From the NCBI GenBank assembly GCA_036339875.1, contig JAYZAC010000176.1:1-19436 (forward strand): 19,436 bases of DNA. Direction: 5' to 3'. This stretch comes from a bacterium (GTDB taxonomy: Bacteria; Muiribacteriota; UBA6191). The notes beneath the pieces were generated by a model, which was not told where the DNA came from, did not search any database, and saw nothing but the letters and a program-made list of their open reading frames with translations. The position numbers and the translations under genes were made by a program. Every line of letters begins with the position of its first letter. Position 1 is the first letter of the stretch. Positions 6,735 to 15,286 of this stretch are shown piece after piece.

Positions 6735-9482
6735 CTACTGTTTAAGGCAGCATCTAAAGTTTTTGGCATCAACTGAAATATCAGCTTTATTTATGGAAAA
6801 GTCACTATTAGGATTGTCACAATCGTTTGCACTCTTAACTTCGAATACAGGAGCCATAGAAGTTGACAATAATTGAGAACCTAAAGACTCTTCAGTCGAT
6901 GAGAGAACTCCTTCTCTACAAGCATTATAATACTGATTCAGATCACACAATTGATATCCATTTGACATACAGACATTAAATGCATTCAAAAAAGTCAATT
7001 CTGATATACCGTGATTAATTTCTTTCGAAATACAATCACTATTTGAGTAGCCATCCGCCGCAGGGTCTGCGATTAGAACTCTCATTTTCGGATCTCCATT
7101 ACCACAGTTACCCGAAACATCCGATACACCATAGAGTCCCGCTGCAATCTTAGCAGTTAATGTAACCGATTGTGCACCTGTTGCACTACGTCCAAAAGAA
7201 AGTGACAATGTCCCATTATTGTTTAGACTTATTATGCGTCCCCCAGTTGCAGTTGTGACTTCAAAGCCTGCACTGAAGTCATTTTCAGCAACTAGAACAC
7301 CCAAATTCATATTGATCATTGTCATGTAATTAGAGGCTTCCAATGTAAGAATCTGCATAGAATCGGTAGAAATCTTCATTGGTTGCGTACGGCTTGCAAG
7401 AATTTCTGAGGAAAGTTTTGCGTTGGATATAAGATTTGCACCTGTAGCAATTTTAGAAGACGTAAAAGCCTTGTCATTAAACACAGAATTATCAAGTAAT
7501 TCAGAGTTCAAACAATTAGCATCGTCACAAAATTTTGAGTGAATTAGAGATCCATTCGCAAGCTTACCACTGGTAATAGCTTCGGAGGCAAACCTACTGG
7601 CGCGTATTGTGCCATCTGCAAAATCATCTGTCGTGATACCATTACCTTGAAAATCGGCTGTAATTAAATTGTTATCACTTATCCTATCTGTAGTCACTGC
7701 ACTTATAGCAATAGCACGGCTTGTAAGATCACCAAACAAATTTGACGTACTTACGGCATCAGTGGAAAAGTCGCTGGTACTCACTGACAAATCAAATATT
7801 TTTAAGCTAGTTACAGCATCATTGGCCAAGTCTATACCAGTAATACTGCCGTTTGCGATAACAGATCCATCAAAAAAACTTACGGATGACAACCCATCTA
7901 AATCTTGAAAGCGTACATTATTTGCCTTGAAAAAGGTTACACTCCTGTTACCCGGACTTTCAAAAGCAAAGGATGATATCGGTGAAACTTCCCTTGAGAA
8001 AACTAAATCCCCATTACTTTTAAATGTGTAATTGAAAAGATTGGATTGGGTAATATCCTGATCTTTAAAGCTGAGTAAAGGAAATGCTCCATCTATACGA
8101 TCATCAATAGAAGAAGCAACCGTTAAAGATTTACTTTGAAACATATCAAAATTTGATTGAGTCAGTGGAAAGGCGTTAGTAAAGTCATTATCTAAATGCG
8201 TTAGAGCAACTTGCGAAGGTACCGCCGAAAGACTAATCTTACCGGGAGTCGATATGACCGCAAGTTTAGTATCTTCTATGAGATTATTAGGATCATTGCT
8301 AAATTTTGAATCATTTAATTCACCATTTAAGATTAATTTTGAATCTATAAAATCATTAGGAAATGAGTTCAACTCCTTATTATCATAAACATGACTATGA
8401 TAGCCCTCGACTCTCTGCGTCGCTTGATTGCAAGTTATCTCTTTAGTAAAATTATTCTCAACACATCCAGCCAAGGTCATTAATTCTGATTTCAATTGCG
8501 AATCTGAATTGAAGTGATCATCAATCGCATGGGAACTTCCAATAAGATTCTGTAAACCTTGTTGGACAATTGTTGCTCCCTCTGAAAACCTTACAGATAT
8601 AAAATCAGCCTGATGAGGATTAAATGATACCCGAGTAAAGCGGGCACTGCTAACAGGTATGGCAGTTTGAGAGGGATAACCAAACAGCCCTCCTTGAGTA
8701 ACTTTAAGTTGCCCTCCAATTGAAAGCGTCCCCTTAGGTAAATCGTGAGTAGCCATAAGATCACCTGTATTGGTTATTTTAATTATTTGAGTCACAGTAT
8801 TGACTTCATCTAGGTTTGTACCCGTCATCAGGTAATCATTCGTTATAATATCCGTACTTGCTCTAATATTACGTAGCGAAGTCATCGTACCGTCTTCAAT
8901 AACCTGAAACACATCTCCATTTTCATTAGAAGAGTATGATGATTTGATGACAAATTGTGGAACAGTACCACTCAGATTTTGATTCGATCCATCAATTAAA
9001 AATGTAGATGTACCTGGCGTCGCATGCCCATGTGAACTTAATACATAAGCTGAAGGCTCATTGTCATTCAATTGCAATACGTTCTCAGACCCCATTGCAT
9101 ATGGAGTAGAGAACAATACTTGTTGTCCGACTTTCCCACCCGTAGATTGATCTCCCATAATCACTTCAAGAAAATAAGGCTCGTCAAAAGTCAGCACTGG
9201 CTCGTTACCGACGGATTGAACATCGATACTCAACGTGAAAAGACCATCATTAATCACCACATCATTAATGGACCTTGATAAAAGAGGAGCCGACGCTTGG
9301 TCTGGACTACTGAGCTTACGAATTAGAACTAAAAAGTTTTTAGTATAGTTCCCCTCAATAGGCTTGAGAGTCTCATAATCTAAAAGTCTTCCTTGATAAA
9401 CTATAGTTCTTGGAACTGCAGCACCCAATACCAAGGTTACTACAAGAGACGCAATATATATTAAAAAATAATTTTTAAGCAT
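6735..9482 (-). CDS. Exported tail-fibre-like adhesin (paralog B) with decapeptide repeats and Cys-rich C-type-lectin-like C-terminal domain
   Basis: Signal peptide; N-terminal 'VPRTIVYQGRLLD...STPYA' domain; HGH and HSH motifs; IANGSITGID-type repeats; C-terminal domain with 8 Cys ending FRCC. Confidence 0.7.
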   Translation of the reverse strand: MLKNYFLIYIASLVVTLVLGAAVPRTIVYQGRLLDYETLKPIEGNYTKNFLVLIRKLSSPDQASAPLLSRSINDVVINDGLFTLSIDVQSVGNEPVLTFDEPYFLEVIMGDQSTGGKVGQQVLFSTPYAMGSENVLQLNDNEPSAYVLSSHGHATPGTSTFLIDGSNQNLSGTVPQFVIKSSYSSNENGDVFQVIEDGTMTSLRNIRASTDIITNDYLMTGTNLDEVNTVTQIIKITNTGDLMATHDLPKGTLSIGGQLKVTQGGLFGYPSQTAIPVSSARFTRVSFNPHQADFISVRFSEGATIVQQGLQNLIGSSHAIDDHFNSDSQLKSELMTLAGCVENNFTKEITCNQATQRVEGYHSHVYDNKELNSFPNDFIDSKLILNGELNDSKFSNDPNNLIEDTKLAVISTPGKISLSAVPSQVALTHLDNDFTNAFPLTQSNFDMFQSKSLTVASSIDDRIDGAFPLLSFKDQDITQSNLFNYTFKSNGDLVFSREVSPISSFAFESPGNRSVTFFKANNVRFQDLDGLSSVSFFDGSVIANGSITGIDLANDAVTSLKIFDLSVSTSDFSTDAVSTSNLFGDLTSRAIAISAVTTDRISDNNLITADFQGNGITTDDFADGTIRASRFASEAITSGKLANGSLIHSKFCDDANCLNSELLDNSVFNDKAFTSSKIATGANLISNAKLSSEILASRTQPMKISTDSMQILTLEASNYMTMINMNLGVLVAENDFSAGFEVTTATGGRIISLNNNGTLSLSFGRSATGAQSVTLTAKIAAGLYGVSDVSGNCGNGDPKMRVLIADPAADGYSNSDCISKEINHGISELTFLNAFNVCMSNGYQLCDLNQYYNACREGVLSSTEESLGSQLLSTSMAPVFEVKSANDCDNPNSDFSINKADISVDAKNFRCCLKQ
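7533..7859 (-). repeat. About 11 degenerate 10-residue coding repeats ([ILF]xDxx[IVL]TxxK-like) in paralog B
   Basis: IANGSITGID LANDAVTSLK IFDLSVSTSD FSTDAVSTSN LFGDLTSRA IAISAVTTDR ISDNNLITAD FQGNGITTDD FADGTIRASR FASEAITSGK LANGSLIHSK (one unit has 9 aa). Confidence 0.8.
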
Positions 9483-9495
9483 TTATGATTAATAA

Positions 9496-12045
9496 TCAAG
9501 GATTTATACAGCAGGCATAAGCACTTGATAGTCCAATATCTTTCTCAGTGAAGGTAAAGTTAGAATCTGCACAATCATTTGATCCGACGTCAGTGAACTG
9601 AATGTAACTCACTGTGGTGTTGTATGTTAAATCCGCGCTCATTAGAGACGTACTATCGGTGACTTGACCATCCCTACAAGCCTTGTAAATCTCATTAAGA
9701 CTACAGACTCTGGCTCCTCGATCATTACAATTGTCGAGTGCCTGAGCATAATCAACTGAAGCGGCTTGCTCAAGAAAACAGAACCCCGTGCCATAATCAC
9801 CTGCCGAATTATTAGGATTAATCAAGGCAAAATCACTTTTGTTATTAAGAGGACAGGTATCGACAGCTAGCGGCAAACCCATCATAGCTGCAATAACTTC
9901 TGGCTCTAAAGTCACAGGACTTGAAAAGTCTATAGACTTGAGACTTATCGAACCATCTAGATTCATACTAACTGATTGATTATTGGACTGATTACTTATC
10001 AATACACCGGGAATAGAGTCATTAGCGATAGTGGGATTATTTACTACCATGTTGACAAATTTGGCATCCGCACTATTGGCCTCCAGTGTGATGTGTGACG
10101 AGGTCGTTGTGGTCAGATTAATACTCATAGGCAGTACTCTAGCCACTAATACATCATTATTTAGATTCAAATTGCTGATTGCTCCATCGGCTACTTTTGC
10201 ATTAGTAAGAGTACCATCTTGAATATTGTCTGTTTCAATTGCATTTTGAGAGACATTGGCAGATGTGATTGTCTGTAGCGCAATTTCATCCGATGTTATA
10301 GTCTGGTTATCGAGTTTAACTCCTGTAATAGTGCCATTAGCGATCTGATCACGTGTTATCGCTCCGTTTTGAATTTTAGCTGTGGTAATTGCACCGTCGG
10401 CAATTTCAGTAGTCGTAATCTGTGCTAGTCCGATTTTGGCGGCAGTGACAGCTCCATCAGCAATTTTATCTTCCGTTACCTGCAAAGCTCCTATCTTACT
10501 GGTAGTCACGGAACCATCTTGTAATTTGTCTGTAGTTATAGAACCGTCTGCTATGTCAAGAGACTGAATACCACCATCAGCAATTACATTTCCCGAAATC
10601 ATATCGGAGTCACCTTCGAATATAACTTCTCGTAGACGAATATATGTCTTTGCTCCCTCCGTCTTAATTTCAATTCGGGTCTGATCACCTACACCTGAAA
10701 CAATTCGCTTAAACTGAAGCGTACCATCACCGTCTAATAGCCATCTAAATTGCGCATTAAAATCTTTGATTTCAACGAATTTGGAATTAATTGCAGAACT
10801 TGTAGAAATCACATTAAATGTCTTAGAGCGAACGGCATCAAAACTATTTAAGGTCTTTAAAGTTGAGATATTGCCAGCATCAAAACCAGCTCCAAAAATG
10901 TTATCACTACTCTTTATAGCAACTTCTGAGGGTAAGGCTGGAGTAGTGATCTTTCCAGCCGTTGAGATTGTTGCCAATTTAGAATCGTCGATGGCTGCAT
11001 TGGATGCTATGTCGTCATTTGTAATTTCACCATCTCTAATATGGATGGATAGTACAGAGTTATCAGCAATTGCGTTACTAGTTAATTCGCCTACCCCAAG
11101 ACTATGACTGTGAAAAGAAGATGTTAAAACCGAACCGTCGGTAAGTGATATTAAATTATTGAACAAACTACTCGAGGCATGGTCTTCGAGCGAATGAGCT
11201 TTTCCGATTATATTCTCACTATTTTCTCCGGGAGTTGCATCTATGTTCGCACCGGGACCTAAAGTTAGACTTTCACTAATGAGCATTTGTTTGAACTGCG
11301 CATCACCTGAAACCTCCAAAGAACCTAAGGTGGAATCTCCAGAAATACTAAGATCACCTTTAATCACAACATTTCCATTCTGATTTGCTACGAAAACATC
11401 CTCCTGTTGCTGATTAACAACACGCAAGGAACCCTCGGTCTCAATAGCACCGGAAGCTATTATTTTATTAACTTTTTGAATATCACCACTAGCACTAACT
11501 CGAAAAACCTCCTGACCTTCTCCGTTAACAATTCTGAATTGAGAATCGTCACTCAAAAGATTAGCACCCGTTCCATCAATCGTGAAATTCTCCTGTCCTG
11601 CGGTAGTGTGTATGTGAGTCGTTAAAGCATATTGGCTCGCTGAAATACCGCCTAAAAATAAGGCATTCTTAGCCGTAATCGCATACGGTACTGAACGAAA
11701 AGGCTGAAACCCTACATTACCACCACCAGAACCTTGAACAATAACTTCAATTCCATAGGGTTCATCAAAATTAACATTATTCGATATCGGAATCTCAACA
11801 TTGAAAACACCATCTCTGACGCTTACATTACTGGCAGTGTGCGTATCAATTATCTGACCCGGCACATCGCCCGCCTCAACTTTACGGATATTAAAGACTA
11901 TCTGCTTGGTGAGCACACCGGCCACAGGTCTATTTGTTGAGGCATCTAAAAAACGTCCCTGATACTGAATCGTTTGGGGAATCCCATTTGCAAAGGACAC
12001 CTGTATAAATATAAGAATCGCGAGGAAAGCACGACAAAAAGCCAT
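9496..12045 (-). CDS. Exported tail-fibre-like adhesin (paralog A) with decapeptide repeats and Cys-rich C-type-lectin-like C-terminal domain
   Basis: Signal peptide (…VSFA|NG); 'IPQTIQYQGRFLD...SVPYAITA' domain; HIH and HSH motifs; IADGAITTAK repeats; C-terminal domain with 8 Cys (A..NC...GARVCSLNEIYKAC...YACC). AGGAG RBS. Confidence 0.75.
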   Translation of the reverse strand: MAFCRAFLAILIFIQVSFANGIPQTIQYQGRFLDASTNRPVAGVLTKQIVFNIRKVEAGDVPGQIIDTHTASNVSVRDGVFNVEIPISNNVNFDEPYGIEVIVQGSGGGNVGFQPFRSVPYAITAKNALFLGGISASQYALTTHIHTTAGQENFTIDGTGANLLSDDSQFRIVNGEGQEVFRVSASGDIQKVNKIIASGAIETEGSLRVVNQQQEDVFVANQNGNVVIKGDLSISGDSTLGSLEVSGDAQFKQMLISESLTLGPGANIDATPGENSENIIGKAHSLEDHASSSLFNNLISLTDGSVLTSSFHSHSLGVGELTSNAIADNSVLSIHIRDGEITNDDIASNAAIDDSKLATISTAGKITTPALPSEVAIKSSDNIFGAGFDAGNISTLKTLNSFDAVRSKTFNVISTSSAINSKFVEIKDFNAQFRWLLDGDGTLQFKRIVSGVGDQTRIEIKTEGAKTYIRLREVIFEGDSDMISGNVIADGGIQSLDIADGSITTDKLQDGSVTTSKIGALQVTEDKIADGAVTAAKIGLAQITTTEIADGAITTAKIQNGAITRDQIANGTITGVKLDNQTITSDEIALQTITSANVSQNAIETDNIQDGTLTNAKVADGAISNLNLNNDVLVARVLPMSINLTTTTSSHITLEANSADAKFVNMVVNNPTIANDSIPGVLISNQSNNQSVSMNLDGSISLKSIDFSSPVTLEPEVIAAMMGLPLAVDTCPLNNKSDFALINPNNSAGDYGTGFCFLEQAASVDYAQALDNCNDRGARVCSLNEIYKACRDGQVTDSTSLMSADLTYNTTVSYIQFTDVGSNDCADSNFTFTEKDIGLSSAYACCINP
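10165..10584 (-). repeat. 14 tandem 10-residue (30-nt period) coding repeats, consensus IADGAITxxK, in paralog A
   Basis: IADGGIQSLD IADGSITTDK LQDGSVTTSK IGALQVTEDK IADGAVTAAK IGLAQITTTE IADGAITTAK IQNGAITRDQ IANGTITGVK LDNQTITSDE IALQTITSAN VSQNAIETDN IQDGTLTNAK VADGAISNLN. Confidence 0.9.
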
Positions 12046-12067
12046 CTATATCTCCTGGTTTTGCGCA

Positions 12068-12096
12068 ATTATAATCTGCTATTGCCTTAGAAGCAA
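12068..12096 (-). promoter_or_regulatory. Putative sigma70 promoter for the fibre-gene pair
   Basis: Minus strand TTGCTT (12096-12091)-N17-TATAAT (12073-12068), followed closely by AGGAG and the ATG at 12045. Confidence 0.6.
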
Positions 12097-12116
12097 CGCG
12101 TTTTAATACATGTTAC

Positions 12117-13688
12117 CTACGGACAGTTCTGACCCGAAGCAGTTTTAAAGCTATTGCAACTTTGACAAACTCCATTTACCCCATTATCCACTACCGTCAA
12201 CTGTCCCCCCACAACCGTAATACAAGCAAACTCTGCAGCATTACCTGGAGTGAAGGGTCCGGTCATTAATGTAATCAATTTACCCTCATTCTGACATACT
12301 TCAGAAACATAGATAGATGTACTATCAGTATCACATAAAAGAGTGACACCCGATGAATATACCGAATTAGCTACACCCTCGAATTTAGTTTGTATGACAC
12401 CTCCGATAGATATATCTGTAAGTTCGATAACAGTGGTTTGACTGCTCAATTCAACCGAACCGCCGGCAATTTCCGAAGAAAACTGTACATTTACTAGAGG
12501 ATTGGTCGGAATAAAACCCTGAGTACCAATTTGTACAAATTCGACTTCTTTATTCCTTAGAGGGCGTGTTGTCTGAGCATCCGACGTATCAATGATGTAA
12601 GTTACGGTTCCAGTTTCTGCATCCTGCATCTCAATAGACATACCGATACTTGCTCCAGCGAATAATTTGTGAGGTTGGCCTTTATAATCAATGTTTGTAA
12701 CCGGAGGATTAGTATTAAAATTGACTGTTACTTGTTTCTCATTTAGAACTTCTTGATTCCCAGAGGCATCAGTTGAAAAATATTGAAAAAGATACACCCC
12801 TTCTTGACTAAGATTAATCGTGGCCGTGGAAACCGTACTTATAAAACCTGAAGTTACAGCAGACAAAGTACTAAATTCATTTCCAACTTCAGAAATTTTA
12901 TAACTTAATTCGGCTTCCTCAAAATTAGAAAGAATGATATCTACAGATGTTCGATGAGGACCCTCAAGCACGCCTGTCCCTACTGGAAAAGCTGCAGTAA
13001 TTGGAGCTATCGTATCGATTTGGGTGAAAGTCACCGGTATTTGAGCTTCGGGGCCTCCAACTTGAGTCGTTAAAGATGGTTCCAAACTAACAATCGTTTG
13101 TGCCGCGATCAATACCTTTTCAATTCCATCAATGTCCACGCCAACACCTTCAACGCGTATGTTGCGCGATGGACCGGAATCCACCTGTACCGAACCCTGT
13201 TCGGCGGTTGATGGAAAAACTGCTATTACCGGCAGTAATAAGTCTGGCGCCGTAATTATTATACGATATTGGGTTATCTTATTTTTAACTGATTGCAGAT
13301 TATTATATCTAACTTTAAAGGCACTCTGCTTTCTTTGTAACTCTTCCTGCATTGAATCACTGATTAGGGGATCGGCGCCCAAAGTTGTTGCCAAATTAAC
13401 AGGTACTTTATTTGTTACCGCCTCAGCCTGATTTAGTTGTAATCGAACATGGTCAAAATCAGTAGCTACTCGATTTACACTTAAACTCAAGGCGTTTCTA
13501 AAATTTATAACTAAGGTAGATTTCGCTGCTGGTCCGAATCCTCCTAGCCCCGAGCCATATGATACCTGGTTATTCTGCGATCCGCCTCCCCCACAACCCA
13601 TTACTAATGAAATTAATAGGGATATCGAGAGCAACGCTGTTACTCGTGAAATCGTTTTTATGTCAAAGGCTTTATTACTTTTACTCAT
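12117..13688 (-). CDS. Lipoprotein with Ig-like (OmpL47-type/Fn3-associated) module and Cys-rich C-terminus
   Basis: Lipobox VMG|C32 followed by a Gly/Ser tether; module DTIAPIT...LSQEGVYLFQYFSTDASGNQE (~12720-13016); six Cys in the C-terminal ~75 aa. Confidence 0.7.
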   Translation of the reverse strand: MSKSNKAFDIKTISRVTALLSISLLISLVMGCGGGGSQNNQVSYGSGLGGFGPAAKSTLVINFRNALSLSVNRVATDFDHVRLQLNQAEAVTNKVPVNLATTLGADPLISDSMQEELQRKQSAFKVRYNNLQSVKNKITQYRIIITAPDLLLPVIAVFPSTAEQGSVQVDSGPSRNIRVEGVGVDIDGIEKVLIAAQTIVSLEPSLTTQVGGPEAQIPVTFTQIDTIAPITAAFPVGTGVLEGPHRTSVDIILSNFEEAELSYKISEVGNEFSTLSAVTSGFISTVSTATINLSQEGVYLFQYFSTDASGNQEVLNEKQVTVNFNTNPPVTNIDYKGQPHKLFAGASIGMSIEMQDAETGTVTYIIDTSDAQTTRPLRNKEVEFVQIGTQGFIPTNPLVNVQFSSEIAGGSVELSSQTTVIELTDISIGGVIQTKFEGVANSVYSSGVTLLCDTDSTSIYVSEVCQNEGKLITLMTGPFTPGNAAEFACITVVGGQLTVVDNGVNGVCQSCNSFKTASGQNCP

Positions 13689-13814
13689 TCTCTGAGTTCA
13701 GATCCACTAGTTTTATCTCGCTCCTAACAATTTAGTATGCGATTTAAAGAATCTTCCTCAAACTATTTTCGATCACCAAGGCTCTCCAGTTAACGAAGCG
13801 AACAAAAATTAGTT

Positions 13815-15221
13815 TCAAATCCCAGAAAATGTCCAAAATCCTAAACGAGTCTCATCTCCCGTAGAAATCGTTAATCTGTCTTGCGATTTTGTCTCAATAT
13901 TGTAGCGATAAGCCTCATAATTGTTATCATAATTACTAAGAAAATAAAGCATTTCACCACTCTCACTCATCAAGAAATCTTTGTAAAGAAAATTACTCTC
14001 AAATAATTCTGATACAAGTAATTGAGGTATCGTTACCTTGTAAACCTTTGTCTCCCAAGAATCTTTAATACTTGAATTACTTGAAGAAAAAATGAAATTT
14101 TTAGAATCGGGACTCCATACTCCCGCCATTCGGCTTGACCTTATTGAAGTCAGCGCAAAACTTTCTTTAGAATCGAGATTAATAACAATATAACCTAATT
14201 TATCATCGGGACCACGAACCATTGAAATCAATTTCTTACCGTCAGGAGATTGTTGAACACTTTGATGATTGCCAAATCCTGAACTTATTTGATTTATATT
14301 TTCTCCCTGAGTCCATTCAAAAACTCTCGAAAGCGATTCAACTGTCTTCTGACCAACAATATAATTTATATTTACCGGACCCTTCTTTAAGTCTGTAATC
14401 CTATGAAAGTTCTCGAGATAAATCCGCGGTTTTTCCTCAAAAGCCCCTTCTTTCAAACTAATACCATAGACAGAATACTTATCCTCGTAGGTATATTTGG
14501 TTTTAATTTCAACTGATTCGGGAGATACAATTACTTTTCTCGCCACAAATAGCAATTCATTGGTTTCTTCGTTAAATAGAGGTAATTGACAGTCATACTC
14601 ATCGCTTGTCAGCCTTATCATAGTTGCCCCATTAGGGAATAGAAAAAATAGGATTTGTGGAGCACCATACTCCTCTTGCATCAACACAGGGAAACCATCA
14701 CTGCTTCCGCGCTCAGGAAAAACTTCTGAATAAATCATAGACGAATACTCTCTCAAATCACGCCCATCTCGAAGAGATGTCATAAGTTTTCCATCTCTCA
14801 AAAACCATAATCTTTGCTGCATCTTTTGAATTTCGTTGGAACTAAAAAACTTTTCCTTACTTACTTTTGGAATGATTGTATCTTGTGAAGATTTCGAAGT
14901 CTTTTTCGATTTTAGGTAATTCTGCAGCTCTGTGGTTGCGCGCGAATTGACTGGGTCATATGTTAAGGTTTTACGATAATATTTCATTGCAATTTCATCG
15001 TAATCTAACTTTTGAAAGCAACTCGCAATTCTATTGTAAAGTGAATACCAATGAGGCTTTGAATTAACAACCTCCTTGAAAAGTTTTATCGCATGAGCAC
15101 AGCGTCCTTGTTTCTGCTGAACAATGCCTTGTTTCGCCTTTTCCCTTAATTCTTTCTGACTACAAAACAAACATCCGGAGGCTATTAGAAAAAAGAAAAT
15201 ACAATTGAATAAAAATCTCAT
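13815..15221 (-). CDS. Exported TPR + TolB-like beta-propeller protein (possible lipoprotein)
   Basis: N-terminal hydrophobic stretch with ASG|C17; TPR-like helices (AIKLFKEVVNSKPH...IAMKYYRKTLTYDP); PD40-like repeats QSPDGKKL, VWSPDSKNFIF, ESGEMLYFLSN. Confidence 0.75.
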   Translation of the reverse strand: MRFLFNCIFFFLIASGCLFCSQKELREKAKQGIVQQKQGRCAHAIKLFKEVVNSKPHWYSLYNRIASCFQKLDYDEIAMKYYRKTLTYDPVNSRATTELQNYLKSKKTSKSSQDTIIPKVSKEKFFSSNEIQKMQQRLWFLRDGKLMTSLRDGRDLREYSSMIYSEVFPERGSSDGFPVLMQEEYGAPQILFFLFPNGATMIRLTSDEYDCQLPLFNEETNELLFVARKVIVSPESVEIKTKYTYEDKYSVYGISLKEGAFEEKPRIYLENFHRITDLKKGPVNINYIVGQKTVESLSRVFEWTQGENINQISSGFGNHQSVQQSPDGKKLISMVRGPDDKLGYIVINLDSKESFALTSIRSSRMAGVWSPDSKNFIFSSSNSSIKDSWETKVYKVTIPQLLVSELFESNFLYKDFLMSESGEMLYFLSNYDNNYEAYRYNIETKSQDRLTISTGDETRLGFWTFSGI

Positions 15222-15232
15222 GAAATTATTTT

Positions 15233-15265
15233 AAAAAAAAAATGGCTCAGTGCAAACACTGAGCC
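15233..15265 (-). terminator. Intrinsic (rho-independent) terminator after the 186-aa gene
   Basis: Minus strand GGCTCAGTG-TTTG-CACTGAGCC (perfect 9-bp stem, 15244-15265), then A and T10 (15233-15242), starting 21 nt after the stop codon. Confidence 0.9.
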
Positions 15266-15286
15266 TACTTTAAATAATGTCTAAAT

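Noticed and set aside
6735..9855. Diversity-generating retroelement targeting the CLec-like tips
   Set aside because: No reverse transcriptase, Avd-like gene or near-identical template repeat differing at adenines was seen in the window, and the two tips are too diverged to be a VR/TR pair. A remote DGR cannot be excluded without a genome-wide search.
10165..10584. CRISPR-like or VNTR interpretation of the 30-nt periodicity
   Set aside because: The periodicity is at the protein level with diverged codons; there are no identical DNA repeats or spacers.
6735..12045. Prophage or tailocin tail-fibre genes
   Set aside because: Both proteins have Sec signal peptides, and no capsid, baseplate, sheath, lysis or integrase genes are nearby.
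7669..13431. Short plus-strand ORFs in the track (7669-7908, 9072-9278, 10031-10222, 10382-10567, 10766-11107, 11407-11625, 11734-11940, 13132-13431)
   Set aside because: All lie antisense within long well-supported genes and show no recognisable motifs; best explained as shadow ORFs.
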